Notes: generated by a model from the letters alone, not told the origin. A stretch of DNA of 64,000 nt from Candidatus Spongiisociaceae bacterium (GCA_965219685.1 CBDCOH010000002.1:1280001-1344000); one strand, 5' to 3'; counted from the stretch's first letter, positions 29,530-44,325 are shown. Numbers and translations: made by a program.

Positions 29530-30939
29530 GCCCACCGCGCCGGCTTCGGCCATGTTCAACTCGATGAGCCGGTTCATCTCGACCGCGTACTCCATCGGCA
29601 GTTCCTTGACGATCGGCTCGATGAACCCCGCCACAACCATCGAGGTGGCCTCGTCCTCGGTGAGACCTCGGCTCATCAGGTAGAAGAGCTGCTCCTCCCC
29701 CACCTTGGAAACAGTGGCCTCATGGCCGATCTGGGTGTCCGCCTCCTCGATCTCCATGTACGGGTACGTATCCGAGCGGCTGGCGTCGTCGAGTATCAGC
29801 GCGTCGCACCTGACGAAGGACTTGGCGTCCTCGGCGCCCGGCTCGACGCGGACCAAGCCCCGGTACCCTGCTCTGCCGCCACCCGTGCATATGGACTTCG
29901 ACAGGATGGTCGAGGTGGTATTGGGAGCGGCGTGCACCATCTTGGCGCCCGCGTCCTGATGCTGGCCCGAGCCCGCGAACGCGATCGACAGAACCTCGCC
30001 ATGGGCCCCGGGTTCCATCAGCCACACAGCCGGGTACTTCATAGTTAGTTTGGAACCGAGATTTCCGTCGACCCATTCCATCGTGGCGTCGGCGTAGGCG
30101 GCGGCCCGCTTGGTGACCAGGTTGTAGACGTTGTTCGACCAGTTCTGGATGGTGGTGTAGCGGCATCGTCCCCCGCGCTTGACCACGATCTCGACCACCG
30201 CCGAATGGAGTGAGTCGGTCGTGTGGACCGGAGCGCTGCAACCTTCGACGTAATGGCAGAAGGCCCCCTCGTCGACGATGATGAGCGTCCGCTCGAACTG
30301 GCCCATGTTCTCGGAGTTGATCCGGAAGTAAGCCTGAAGGGGCTGGTCGACGTGGACCCCGGGCGGCACGTAGATGAAGGAACCACCGGACCAGACGGCC
30401 GAGTTGAGGGCCGCGAACTTGTTGTCGTTGGGGGGAATCACCGTACCGAAATGCTCACGGACCAGGTCGGGATGGTCCCTCACCGCCGAGTCCATGTCCA
30501 TGAACAGGACGCCCAGGCTCTCCAGGTCCTCCCGGTTGCGGTGGTAGACGACCTCCGACTCGTACTGGGCCGTGACCCCGGCCAGGAACTTGCGCTCCGC
30601 CTCGGGGATCCCCAACTTCTCGTAGGTGTCCTTGATGGACTCGGGCACCATGTCCCAGTCCTTGGCCTGCTGCTCGGCAGGCTTGACGTAGTAGTAGATG
30701 TCGTCGAAGTCGATCTCGTCGAGGAGCCCGCCCCCACCCCAGGTGGGTATGGGCCGCCTGAGGAAGCGACGGTACGCCTTGAGGCGGAACTTCAGCATCC
30801 ATTCGGGCTCGCCTTTGATGAACGACATCTCCCGGATGATGTCCTCGTTGAGACCCTTCTCGGGTTTGAAGATGTAGTCGTCCTCCGGGTCGCTCCAACC
30901 GAGTTTGTATGCGCCTAGGTCGATGTCAACTGTGGTCAT
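29527..30939 (-). CDS. sufB: Fe-S cluster assembly protein SufB
   Basis: [44 protein letters not shown]. Confidence 0.97.
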   Translation of the reverse strand: MTTVDIDLGAYKLGWSDPEDDYIFKPEKGLNEDIIREMSFIKGEPEWMLKFRLKAYRRFLRRPIPTWGGGGLLDEIDFDDIYYYVKPAEQQAKDWDMVPESIKDTYEKLGIPEAERKFLAGVTAQYESEVVYHRNREDLESLGVLFMDMDSAVRDHPDLVREHFGTVIPPNDNKFAALNSAVWSGGSFIYVPPGVHVDQPLQAYFRINSENMGQFERTLIIVDEGAFCHYVEGCSAPVHTTDSLHSAVVEIVVKRGGRCRYTTIQNWSNNVYNLVTKRAAAYADATMEWVDGNLGSKLTMKYPAVWLMEPGAHGEVLSIAFAGSGQHQDAGAKMVHAAPNTTSTILSKSICTGGGRAGYRGLVRVEPGAEDAKSFVRCDALILDDASRSDTYPYMEIEEADTQIGHEATVSKVGEEQLFYLMSRGLTEDEATSMVVAGFIEPIVKELPMEYAVEMNRLIELNMAEAGAVG

Positions 30940-31068
30940 GGGATGCTCCCACCATTACCTCTTCGAGCTGTCGGGATGAGCGGTCCGCAGCGGGGCCGCT
31001 CGCCCCTCATCATAGCTTCGCCCGAGGTCAATCAGAGCAACAATTACCGTGCCCCGGGCGGATTTCCA

Positions 31069-32524
31069 TCACCGCCAGGGCATGTCCGCCGGAGTGACTA
31101 CGGCCGGCATCCTCGTGTCGCCGACCAGGTACCGATTCACGGCCGCGGCACAACTGCGCCCCTCCGCTATCGCCCAGACGATGAGGGACTGGCCGCGGCC
31201 CATGTCCCCGGCCACGAACACCCCGTCGACGTTCGTGGACCAGTTGCGGTCCCTTGCCACGGTGCCCCTGGGCGTGAGTTCCACGCCCAGTTGCTCCAGC
31301 ATGGGCGAACGCTCCGGTCCGGTAAAGCCGAGCGCCAGCAGCACCAGGTCGGCCCTGAACTCCTGGTCGGTGCCGTCCTTCCGGTCGAAGTGCATGCGGC
31401 CGTCCCGGAAGGACAGATCGACGCGGTGGGTCCTGAGAGCCGCGACCCGTCCGTGACCGTCCCCGACGAACTCCTCGGTGTTGATGGCGAACTCGCGGGC
31501 CCCGCCCTCCTCGTGCGCGGATGAGACTCGGTAGATGAGTGGCCATGTCGGCCATGGGGTGTTGTCGGGCCGGTCATCGGGCGGGCGGGGCATGATCTCG
31601 AACTGGTGAACGGAGGCGGCGCCCTGCCGGTGGACGGTACCTAGGCAGTCGGCTCCGGTGTCGCCTCCACCGATGATGACGACGTGCTTGCCGGCCGCCG
31701 AGATCGGAGGCTGCCCCATGTCGCCGGACTGGACCCGGTTGGCCATGGGAAGGAACTCCATCGCCTGATGGATCCCGTCGAGATGCCTCCCCGGGATGGG
31801 CAGTTCGCGCCACCGGGTTGCTCCCGCAGCCAGCACCACCGCGTCGAACTCGGCCATCAGCCGGTCGGCGGTCGGGTCGACGCCCACGTCGGCGTTGACC
31901 ACGAAGCGGGTGCCCTCCTCCTCCATCTGGGCCAGGCGGCGGTCGAGGAAGCGCTTCTCCATCTTGAACTCGGGTATGCCGTAACGCAGCAGTCCCCCGA
32001 TGCGATCGTCCCGCTCGTACACAGTCACCCGGTGCCCCGCCCTGGTCAACTGCTGGGCCGCGGCGAGACCCGCAGGGCCGGACCCGACCACGGCGACGCT
32101 CCTGCCGGTCACGGTGGTGGGCATCACCGGCGCCACCCATCCTTCGGCCCAGGCCCGCTCGATGATCTCCAACTCGACCTGCTTTATCGTGACCGGATCC
32201 GAGTTGATGCCGAGGACGCAGGCCGCCTCGCACGGCGCGGGACACAGCCGCCCTGTGAACTCCGGGAAGTTGTTGGTGGCGTGCAGGCGATCGATCGCCT
32301 CCCTCCAACTGTCGCCGTAGACGAGGTCGTTCCAGTCGGGGATCAGGTTGCCGAGCGGGCACCCACCGTTGCAGAAGGGGATCCCGCAGTCCATGCACCT
32401 CGACGCCTGGTCCCGTATGTCCTGGACGGGAAACTCCTTGTACACCTCGTGCCAGTCGTCGACCCGGGCGCCGGCCGGGCGCCGGGACGGCGTCCGCCGT
32501 CCGTGTTTGAGGAACCCCTTGATG

Positions 32525-32532
<8 letters not shown>
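31069..32532 (-). CDS. gltD: glutamate synthase small subunit
   Basis: [45 protein letters not shown]. Confidence 0.97.
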
Positions 32533-37099
<4,567 letters not shown>

Positions 37100-37256
37100 C
37101 AACTTCCCTTCCCCCCATCGACCCACCTTACCGAGCCGTATCGTCCAGCCTGCTCGGGGCGGCCAACTGTGCGGTCGCCAGATAAAGGAACTCGATAATA
37201 CACGCCGGACCGGCAGGTAAGGCCCGTTGCGCTCGACGACCTGATAACTTGCCACG

Positions 37257-37715
37257 ATGCCAGTGATCGTGATCGGCGCCGATACCCCGGTGGGGGAAGC
37301 CATCGTTGCAGCCGTGCTCCCGTCGGCCGCGGAGATGAGGGCCTTCGTCTCAGACGTACGGTCCGTAGATCGTCTCAAGAGCCGGGGCGTGAAGGTGGCC
37401 CTAGGTGACATCTCCGACTTCTCCCATGTCGAAGCCGCCGCTCTGAACTGCTTCTGCGCGGTGGTGGTCGTCGACTCGGCCACCGACGACCGGGAGAGGG
37501 CTTTCGCCGGCAGTCCGCGCGAGATGGTGGATGGATGGGGCCGGGCCGTTCGCGAAGCGGGGGTTCAGCGGACCATCTGGATCAGCGCGGGGGACCCGCC
37601 CGTGCCCTTCCCGGCTCCGACACCCGAGGTAGCGACCGTGGCGGTCGCCGGCGATCTCGATCGGGCTGCGGAGGAAGTGGCCATGCTGGAGGGCTTGCAG
37701 AGCCTTCCTAACTGA
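37257..37715 (+). CDS. short NAD(P)-binding Rossmann-like protein
   Basis: [12 protein letters not shown]-terminus, VALGDISD. Confidence 0.7.
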   Translation: MPVIVIGADTPVGEAIVAAVLPSAAEMRAFVSDVRSVDRLKSRGVKVALGDISDFSHVEAAALNCFCAVVVVDSATDDRERAFAGSPREMVDGWGRAVREAGVQRTIWISAGDPPVPFPAPTPEVATVAVAGDLDRAAEEVAMLEGLQSLPN

Positions 37716-38832
37716 TTCTGTTCCGGTCCCTCAATGCTTCGCCCAGCAACCGGGGAGCTTCCTCGTGGGTAGTGGCATACGGGGCGACACGTAGCAGGCC
37801 GTCTCGCTCCGTCAAGGCGAACCCACTAGCGGTGAGTCGCTCGTATGTCTCAGCCGATGGCTCCCCGGCCGGCCGGAAGCTCACGATGCCGCTCCGCTCC
37901 AAGTCCGACCGCCTGGGGCAGACCAGTTCCGCACCGGCGCGTCGCGCCTCCTCCTCGACTGCCCGGGATCTGGCGATCACCTCTGCTTCTACCGCTTCCA
38001 TCGAAGCCGTCCCGAGTGCCTCCAACGAACCTCGCAAGGCTGCGACGGACGTGAAGGGGGGACTTCCGATCGCGAAGCGCCGGGAACTCTCGATGGGGGC
38101 GTGCGGGATCGGAGTCCGGGTGTCGAACGGATCGAGGACACCCGGCCATCCCACAAGGGTCGGGGACAGCCGCTCCAGGGCGCGATCGGACACCGCCATC
38201 AGCCCGACCCCGCCCCCGGAGCGCAGCCATTTGTGGCCTCCTGCGACAACCACGTCGGCCTGTTCCATCGAGAACTGCACCGCGCCCAGCGCCTGGACGG
38301 CGTCTACTACGAGCAGCGCGTCGCCGGCCGCCTCACGAATGGCCTCCAAGTCGCACCGGAAACCGGTCCGGTAGTCGACATGACTCACGGTGACGGCCAC
38401 CGTCGAGCCGTCCACTGCCCGGGCGACCAGATCGGCCGTCAGACGTCCCCCCGGCACCTCGACCATTCTCGGTTCGATGCGGCCCGACTCCCCCGCCCGC
38501 ACCCATGGGTACAGGTTGGCGGCGAACTCGGTCTCCGGCACGACCACCGATCCGGGCGGCAGGCCGAAGGCCACCGAGAACAGCCCGGTCGACGTGTTGG
38601 GGATGATCGCCACCCGTTCTGCCGAGGTTCCGATGAGTTCCGCCGCCAGCCGTGAGGCCGTCTCTATCTCGCCCATCACCACGGGGATCAGCTTTCCGTG
38701 CCTTCCCGACATCGCTTCGGACATCTCCGACAGACGCCTCCGGGCGGGTATCGACATCGCGCCTATGGCGGCGAAGTCCATGAAGCCGAAGGGCTCGTCG
38801 TACTGATCGAGGAATGATCGAGGTAGGGACAC
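37708..38832 (-). CDS. aminotransferase class V-fold PLP enzyme
   Basis: NTSTGL, VDAVQALG, GGHKWL. Confidence 0.88.
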   Translation of the reverse strand: MSLPRSFLDQYDEPFGFMDFAAIGAMSIPARRRLSEMSEAMSGRHGKLIPVVMGEIETASRLAAELIGTSAERVAIIPNTSTGLFSVAFGLPPGSVVVPETEFAANLYPWVRAGESGRIEPRMVEVPGGRLTADLVARAVDGSTVAVTVSHVDYRTGFRCDLEAIREAAGDALLVVDAVQALGAVQFSMEQADVVVAGGHKWLRSGGGVGLMAVSDRALERLSPTLVGWPGVLDPFDTRTPIPHAPIESSRRFAIGSPPFTSVAALRGSLEALGTASMEAVEAEVIARSRAVEEEARRAGAELVCPRRSDLERSGIVSFRPAGEPSAETYERLTASGFALTERDGLLRVAPYATTHEEAPRLLGEALRDRNRIS

Positions 38833-38860
38833 CGGAGCCAGGAGCCTAATCCAGCAGGTT

Positions 38861-39026
38861 ATTAGTTCCTAGTCGGTAGTCTATAGTCGCTAGTTAGTCT
38901 GCGTTGGTGAACAGTATGTCGTACCAGTTACCATACTCATCAGCATTGTTTGGGTCTCGCATACCCCAACATAGTTATGACCCGATGTCCATAACTAACA
39001 ACTAATAACTAACAACTGGCAACTAA
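38861..39026. repeat. compact element: copy B (minus, 38861-38960) plus oppositely oriented heptamer tip (38991-39026)
   Basis: Reverse complement of 38861-38960 matches the last ~100 bp of copy A (gcgagacccaaaca.tgct...gactacc.actaggaactaat); right tip is ataacta acaacta ataacta acaactg gcaacta. Confidence 0.85.
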
Positions 39027-39101
39027 GCTCTGCAGGCCGGAGTAACGTTCGCGCCGGCGCCGGCGAGCGCCGGTCAGCGCATCCACGGATCCGGAGCGGA
39101 C

Positions 39102-40211
39102 ATGGCAGAACTTCCTTCCTCCGCCGCGGTGGTGGTCATCGGCGGGGGCGTCATGGGCGCTTCCGCCGCGTACCACCTCGCGACGGCAGGGGTGGAGGTG
39201 GCGGTGCTGGAGCGCGACACCATCGGCTCCGGTTCCACCGGAAAGTCCGCCGGCGGCTTCAGGGCCCAGTTCGCGGACCGGTTGAACGTCAGGATGGCCG
39301 TCGAGAACATCGGGCGGCTCGAGAGGTTCGAGTCGGACTTCGGGATCGACATCGACCTGAAGCAGCACGGCTACCTGTTCCTCCTCCGCGAGTCCGAAGT
39401 CGAGCCCTTCCGCCGTGCTGTCGCTCTCCAGCGGTCACTCGGAGTCCCGTCCGAACTCATAACCCCCGAGGATGCGCTCTCCATGGTGCCCGGAATCCGC
39501 ATTCACGACGTGGCCGCGGCCACCTTCTGCCCGTGGGATGGTTCCTGCACGCCCGAATCGGTTGCGCTCGGCTATGCACGAGCCGCTTCCCGTGCCGGCG
39601 CGGCGGTCGTCCAAGGCTGCGAGGTGACGGGAATCGCGGTCGCCGGAGACCGGATCAGGGGGGTGACCACCACGAACGGGTTCGTATCCACCCCCGAGGT
39701 GGTCCTGACCGCCGGGGTGTGGAGCCCCGAGCTTGCAACTCCTCTGGGTCTCCGCATGCCGGTGCGGGCGGTCAAGCGTCGCATCTGGTTGACGAGAGGA
39801 TCGGACCCTTTCCCTCGGCGCCTGCCCATGGTCATCGACTTTGCCACCGGGTTCTACTTCCATCGGGAGGCGAAAGGGCTGGCCATGGGAGGGCGTGCGC
39901 AGGCGATCGAGGACCTGGCGCCGGAGGTAATCAACCGGGCGCCGGGCCTGATCGAGATGGAGATAACCCACACCTGGTGGGGGTACTACGCGGTCACCCC
40001 GGACAACAACGCGATCATCGGGACCCATCCGGGCGTCGAACGCCTCCACTACGCCACCGGTTTCAGCGGCCACGGATTCCAGCAGGGACCGGTGGTCGGC
40101 GAGTACCTGGCGGAGTTGGTACTCGGAGCGGAACCCACATTCGACCTGTCGCCCTTCGACATGCGGCGGTTCGATACCGGGTCCGTCCTCCCGGAGACCG
40201 CGGTGATCTGA
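39102..40211 (+). CDS. FAD-dependent oxidoreductase (DAO/sarcosine oxidase beta family)
   Basis: IGGGVMG, GSTGKSAGG, TPD..AIIG, GFSGHGFQQGP. Confidence 0.9.
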   Translation: MAELPSSAAVVVIGGGVMGASAAYHLATAGVEVAVLERDTIGSGSTGKSAGGFRAQFADRLNVRMAVENIGRLERFESDFGIDIDLKQHGYLFLLRESEVEPFRRAVALQRSLGVPSELITPEDALSMVPGIRIHDVAAATFCPWDGSCTPESVALGYARAASRAGAAVVQGCEVTGIAVAGDRIRGVTTTNGFVSTPEVVLTAGVWSPELATPLGLRMPVRAVKRRIWLTRGSDPFPRRLPMVIDFATGFYFHREAKGLAMGGRAQAIEDLAPEVINRAPGLIEMEITHTWWGYYAVTPDNNAIIGTHPGVERLHYATGFSGHGFQQGPVVGEYLAELVLGAEPTFDLSPFDMRRFDTGSVLPETAVI

Positions 40212-41458
40212 TGGCGCGTCCGGTTCTCACCGCGGACGACGTAGCCATGCTGAACGGCGAGCGCGGGCCTGCGGACGCCATGGCGATGCGACTCCTAGTC
40301 GGGCTCGGCGCAGCGACCGGCGCCCGCCGCATGATCGACATCTCCAGCGCGCACGTCGACGGAACGCTCTACCTGGGCGAGGCCAGCCTCGAATTCGCGA
40401 CCCGACTCCGGGATCTCGGAGGAAGGGTGAGGGTGCCCACCACGCTCAACGTGTCCTCCCTGGACCTCCTCCACCCGGACCTGTTCCTGGGAGAGGACGC
40501 CACCAGGCAGGCGGCGCTGGCGACCATGCGCGCCTACGTCGACATGGGTGGGCGCGCCACCTGGACCTGCGCTCCCTACCAACTGCCGGAGCGGCCGGGA
40601 CTCGGCGACCGCGTCGCATGGGGAGAGTCGAACGCGGTCGTATTCGCCAACTCGGTGCTGGGCGCGCGCACGCCTCGCTTCGGAGACTTCGTCGACATCG
40701 CCGCCGCACTGACCGGGCGGGCTCCGGAAATGGGGCTGTACCTGGACGAGAACCGCCGTGCCGGGGTTCTCTTCGATGTGTCCCGGATCGCTCGCCGCGC
40801 CCGCGCCACCGAAGAGTTCTTCGCGGTGCTCGGGATCATGGTCGGGTCGGCAGCCGGGATCACCGTCCCTGTCATCACCGGACTCGAGTCGGCCACCGAG
40901 GACCAGATGAAGGTGCTCGGCGCGGCGGCCGCATCGTCGGGAACCGTGGGACTGATCCATGTGGTCGGGCTGACGCCGGAAGCGCGTACTCTCGCCGAGG
41001 CCACCGCGGGGCGGGAACCGTCCAGAGTGGATGTGACTCCGGCGGCGCTCGACGCGACGTATACCGGGCTGACGAGCACCACGAGTGGAGCCCTCCGCAC
41101 CGTGAACCTGGGTACGCCGCACTACTCGTCCGACCAGATCGCCAGGTTGAGCTGTCTGCTCGACGGACGACCGGTACACGACCGGGTCACCTTCTACGTG
41201 AACACGGGCCGCGATGTGCTGGCTTCGGCCTCCGGCGTGAGCGACCTGGAAGCGCTCGGTGTGGTCTTCGTCGTGGACACCTGCACCTACGTGACACCCA
41301 TAATCCGGGATCGGAGCGGCGTTGCGATGACCGACTCCGCCAAGTGGGCCTACTACGCCCCGGGGAACCTCGGGCTGGACGTGGTGTTCGGTTCGACCGC
41401 GGACTGCGTGGAATCGGCCGTGGCTGGCCGCGTCATGAGGGGAAGCACACCGTGGTGA
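40211..41458 (+). CDS. aconitase X catalytic subunit (DUF521)
   Basis: SAHVDG, VPTTLN, TWTCAPY, WGESNAVVFANSVLGART, GTPHYS, DTC, TDSAKWAYYAPG. Confidence 0.9.
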   Translation: MARPVLTADDVAMLNGERGPADAMAMRLLVGLGAATGARRMIDISSAHVDGTLYLGEASLEFATRLRDLGGRVRVPTTLNVSSLDLLHPDLFLGEDATRQAALATMRAYVDMGGRATWTCAPYQLPERPGLGDRVAWGESNAVVFANSVLGARTPRFGDFVDIAAALTGRAPEMGLYLDENRRAGVLFDVSRIARRARATEEFFAVLGIMVGSAAGITVPVITGLESATEDQMKVLGAAAASSGTVGLIHVVGLTPEARTLAEATAGREPSRVDVTPAALDATYTGLTSTTSGALRTVNLGTPHYSSDQIARLSCLLDGRPVHDRVTFYVNTGRDVLASASGVSDLEALGVVFVVDTCTYVTPIIRDRSGVAMTDSAKWAYYAPGNLGLDVVFGSTADCVESAVAGRVMRGSTPW

Positions 41459-41871
41459 GAAGCGTCCTGGAGGGCACTCCCGTGGTTGCGGCCACAGCCG
41501 AGGGGATCTCTCTGGTTCTGGAGGAGCCGCTCAGCTGGTGGGGAGGGATCGACTCGGCGAGCGGCGCGGTGATCGACAGACACCATCCACAGTACGGGGC
41601 GGAAACGTCCGGCCGGATACTGATTCTTCCGCACGGGCGGGGCTCCTCGGGAGGTTCTGCAGTGCTCGCCGAGTCGATCCGGGCCGGGACGGGCCCCGCC
41701 GGACTGGTGCTCCGGGCCGTCGACCCGATACTGGTCGTGGGGCTTCTCGCGGCGGTGGAACTGTACCCCGGCCGCCCCTGCCCGTTGGTGGTGGTAGCGG
41801 AGGGGTACGAGAGGCTCACCGGCGGATCGCCCACCTGCATTCGAATCGACGGCAAAGTGGAACAGTGGTGA
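41452..41871 (+). CDS. aconitase X swivel subunit (DUF126)
   Basis: PLSWWGGID..SG.VIDRHHP, GRGSSGGS. Confidence 0.88.
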   Translation: MVRSVLEGTPVVAATAEGISLVLEEPLSWWGGIDSASGAVIDRHHPQYGAETSGRILILPHGRGSSGGSAVLAESIRAGTGPAGLVLRAVDPILVVGLLAAVELYPGRPCPLVVVAEGYERLTGGSPTCIRIDGKVEQW

Positions 41872-41934
41872 GTAGTGAGTAGTGAATAGTGAGTGGGTCG
41901 GCACCATTCACCACTCACTATTTACCATTCACCA
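41866..41934. repeat. inverted heptamer arrays forming a ~31-bp-arm hairpin between convergent genes
   Basis: tggtgag tagtgag tagtgaa tagtgag tgg - gtcggca - cca ttcacca ctcacta tttacca ttcacca; contains both genes' stop codons. Confidence 0.85.
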
Positions 41935-42547
41935 GCCGAGCCAGTTGGTTCACCGACTCGAGCGCGGTTACGGCTAGTTCGATACGCCGCGCCGGGTCGT
42001 CGGACTCGAGGATCATCTGGCGGTCGAGATCCGGGACCGGGAGCAGGTCGACAGCCCGATAGGCCGCGGCCAGGGTGTCGGCGGGCAAGGGATCGATGTT
42101 CCTGGTCTCGGCGCCCATCTCGGCGAACAGAGCCAGCCCGCGCCGGAACTCGCGCAGAAGACGCTGGTGGAGGCGGCTCCCGGAGGCGTCGCAGGGTGGA
42201 TCGGGCAGGTACCGGACTCGAGCCTGGGGATAGGGCGCATCGTCCAGCCACTCATCGACCCTGAGGCGTGAAACGCCGCGGGCGATCACGAGGAGATGAC
42301 CATTGCCGAGCAAGGCCACCTGGGTCATCGACACCGACACGCCCACATCGAAGCGGGTGTCCCCGCCTCCCACCTCGCTCCCCCTTTCGATCAGGACCAC
42401 CCCGAAACCGATCTCTCGGCGGACGCACAACTCGATCATCTCCACGTATCGCGGCTCGAAGACCCGCACCTTGAGGAGCGCTCCCGGGAACGTCCCCCGG
42501 CTCAGGGGGAACATGGGTAGCCACTCCGCCCCCTCGTGCTCAGGCAT
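41918..42547 (-). CDS. LON peptidase substrate-binding domain protein
   Basis: LPMFPL, VFEPRY, FGVVLIERGSEVGGGD.R. Confidence 0.88.
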   Translation of the reverse strand: MPEHEGAEWLPMFPLSRGTFPGALLKVRVFEPRYVEMIELCVRREIGFGVVLIERGSEVGGGDTRFDVGVSVSMTQVALLGNGHLLVIARGVSRLRVDEWLDDAPYPQARVRYLPDPPCDASGSRLHQRLLREFRRGLALFAEMGAETRNIDPLPADTLAAAYRAVDLLPVPDLDRQMILESDDPARRIELAVTALESVNQLARLVNGK

Positions 42548-43031
42548 CGCCGGGAGGAACGGGGCCGGGGGCGGGCCGGCGGGGCCGGGCTGTCCGCTTG
42601 TCCACCCGGAACCGGATCCGGGCTACCTCGGTGTCACCCACGAAGATGGGGAACGCGTATCCGCCCGGCTTCGGAAACAACAGGTTGTTGAAGGTGAAGG
42701 CCCTCGTCAGGCCCGTGTCGCTCCCGGCAGGCCGGCCCATGCGACGTGTGACCTTGATCTTCTGCGAGAACCGTTTGCCGCCGAACAAGCTCTTACCGTC
42801 CTCGTCGACGAGGTCGACCGACAGGGTGAACTCTTCGATCTGCGACCACGGCACGCGGATCCTTATACCTATGCCCATCGACGGGTGCCGGGCGGGAAAG
42901 GACCCCACCCACAGCATGTCCCAACCACCGCCCAGAACGTACAACTTGCCACCCACGGCCTGGACGGCGTCCGCCACGATGGCGAACTCGATCCTGGGCG
43001 TGGGATCGAGCGAGGTCTCGAATGAGTCCAT
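42540..43031 (-). CDS. conserved hypothetical protein (DUF6941-like)
   Basis: AIVADAVQAVGGKLYVLGGGW and FPKPGGY pattern. Confidence 0.7.
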   Translation of the reverse strand: MDSFETSLDPTPRIEFAIVADAVQAVGGKLYVLGGGWDMLWVGSFPARHPSMGIGIRIRVPWSQIEEFTLSVDLVDEDGKSLFGGKRFSQKIKVTRRMGRPAGSDTGLTRAFTFNNLLFPKPGGYAFPIFVGDTEVARIRFRVDKRTARPRRPAPGPVPPGDA

Positions 43032-43094
43032 CCCCCAACTCTAGGAGGGTTCACGCTCGGTTTCCGGCCCGCGTCTCCGCCTCGTGGGGGGCCA

Positions 43095-43141
43095 AATCCA
43101 TCTAGGATTGCTATGGTTCTCATTGACGATGGCTATGGTTC
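43095..43141 (+). promoter_or_regulatory. putative promoter/operator of the inositol operon
   Basis: AATCC-N5-GGATT palindrome; GCTATGGTTC repeated at 43110 and 43132 flanking TTGACG (43123-43128). Confidence 0.5.
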
Positions 43142-43240
43142 CCTTTCACGGGTGGGCCTGGGTCCAAAGTGGCCTTTCGTGTCCCGAAAACACCCTCCCG
43201 CCCAGGGGAATACATGTAGAAAGCCCGAGAGGAGGAATCA

Positions 43241-44272
43241 ATGACAAAGAGACGTTGGGCGGTGGCTCTGGCCGTCCTTGCACTTGCCTTCGCCGCGTGC
43301 GGTGGAGGCGAGGAAGCCGCTCCCGAGGAGACTGCGGCTCCCGCAGCCACGGAGGCTGCCACCACGACCGAAGCACCCACCACGGTGGCCGTGACCCCGA
43401 CCCAGAGTTCGGACCTCACCTTCCACATGGTCACGCACTCCGATGACGGCGTGTTCTGGTCCGTGGTCAAGAAGGGCGCCCAGGACGCAGCCGATGCCCT
43501 CGGCGTCGAGATGGTGTGGAGCCCATCCAGCAACGACCCGGAGAAGCAGGTACAGGACATGCAGGCCGCGGTCGCATCGGGTTCTGACGGGATCGGCGTG
43601 TCACTCGCCAACCCGGAGGCCCTCGGACCGGAGGTCGAGGCGGCGATCGCCGCGGGTATCCCGGTGATCACCCTGAACTCGGGCTCGAACCAGTTCAAGG
43701 AACTGGGTGCGATCACCCATGTCGGGCAGACCGAGATCGTGGCCGGTGAGGGCGCCGGCGAGCGCTTCAACGCACTGGGTGCCGGCAAGGTCCTCTGCGC
43801 CCAGCAGGAGCAGGGCAATATCGGTCTGGAGGAGCGCTGCCAGGGTCTTGAGGCGACCTTCAACGGCGAGGTCGTAACCCAGTTCGTCGGACTCGACGCT
43901 GAACCAGAGACCCAGATCAACACGATCGCGGCCGCGCTGCAGGCCGATAGCGACATCGACGGCGTGCTGGGTGTCGGCCCGAACGTGGCAGTCCGAGCAG
44001 TTGAAGCGGGCAACCAGGCGGGGCGCGACCTCGTTATCGGTGGTTTCGATATCTCCAACGATCTGATCGCCGCCATCGAGGCCGGGGATGTCGACTTCAC
44101 GGTTGACCAGCAGCAGTACCTGCAGGGCTACCTGACCGTCGTGTTCCTGTATCTCAATGCTACGAACCTCAACACCGTTGGTGGTGGTCTGCCCGTGCTC
44201 ACCGGTCCGGGCTTCGTGACCACGGACAACGTGGGCCAGGTCAAGGCCCTCGTCGACCAGGGCACGCGGTAG
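43241..44272 (+). CDS. sugar (inositol) ABC transporter substrate-binding lipoprotein
   Basis: Lipobox FAAC, FWSVVKKG, HVGQTE, TVDQQQYLQGY, VLTGPGFV; strong RBS. Confidence 0.92.
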   Translation: MTKRRWAVALAVLALAFAACGGGEEAAPEETAAPAATEAATTTEAPTTVAVTPTQSSDLTFHMVTHSDDGVFWSVVKKGAQDAADALGVEMVWSPSSNDPEKQVQDMQAAVASGSDGIGVSLANPEALGPEVEAAIAAGIPVITLNSGSNQFKELGAITHVGQTEIVAGEGAGERFNALGAGKVLCAQQEQGNIGLEERCQGLEATFNGEVVTQFVGLDAEPETQINTIAAALQADSDIDGVLGVGPNVAVRAVEAGNQAGRDLVIGGFDISNDLIAAIEAGDVDFTVDQQQYLQGYLTVVFLYLNATNLNTVGGGLPVLTGPGFVTTDNVGQVKALVDQGTR

Positions 44273-44296
44273 CAGAAGGGGGACTGAATCAACCAT

Positions 44297-44325
44297 GGAG
44301 GGGGCCTGACAGTCAGGCCCCCTCC
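44297..44325 (+). terminator. perfect 14-bp-arm stem-loop after the substrate-binding protein gene
   Basis: GGAGGGGGCCTGAC-A-GTCAGGCCCCCTCC followed by TTGCTTT. Confidence 0.7.

Noticed and set aside
30976-31002. Hairpin in the sufB leader as a possible riboswitch
   Set aside because: A single GC-rich stem with no recognisable aptamer motifs; may just terminate gltD transcripts.
39533-40210. Apparent N-terminal extension of aconitase X (641-aa ORF)
   Set aside because: Overlaps the FAD oxidoreductase in another frame; the true start is ATG 40211, coupled to its TGA.
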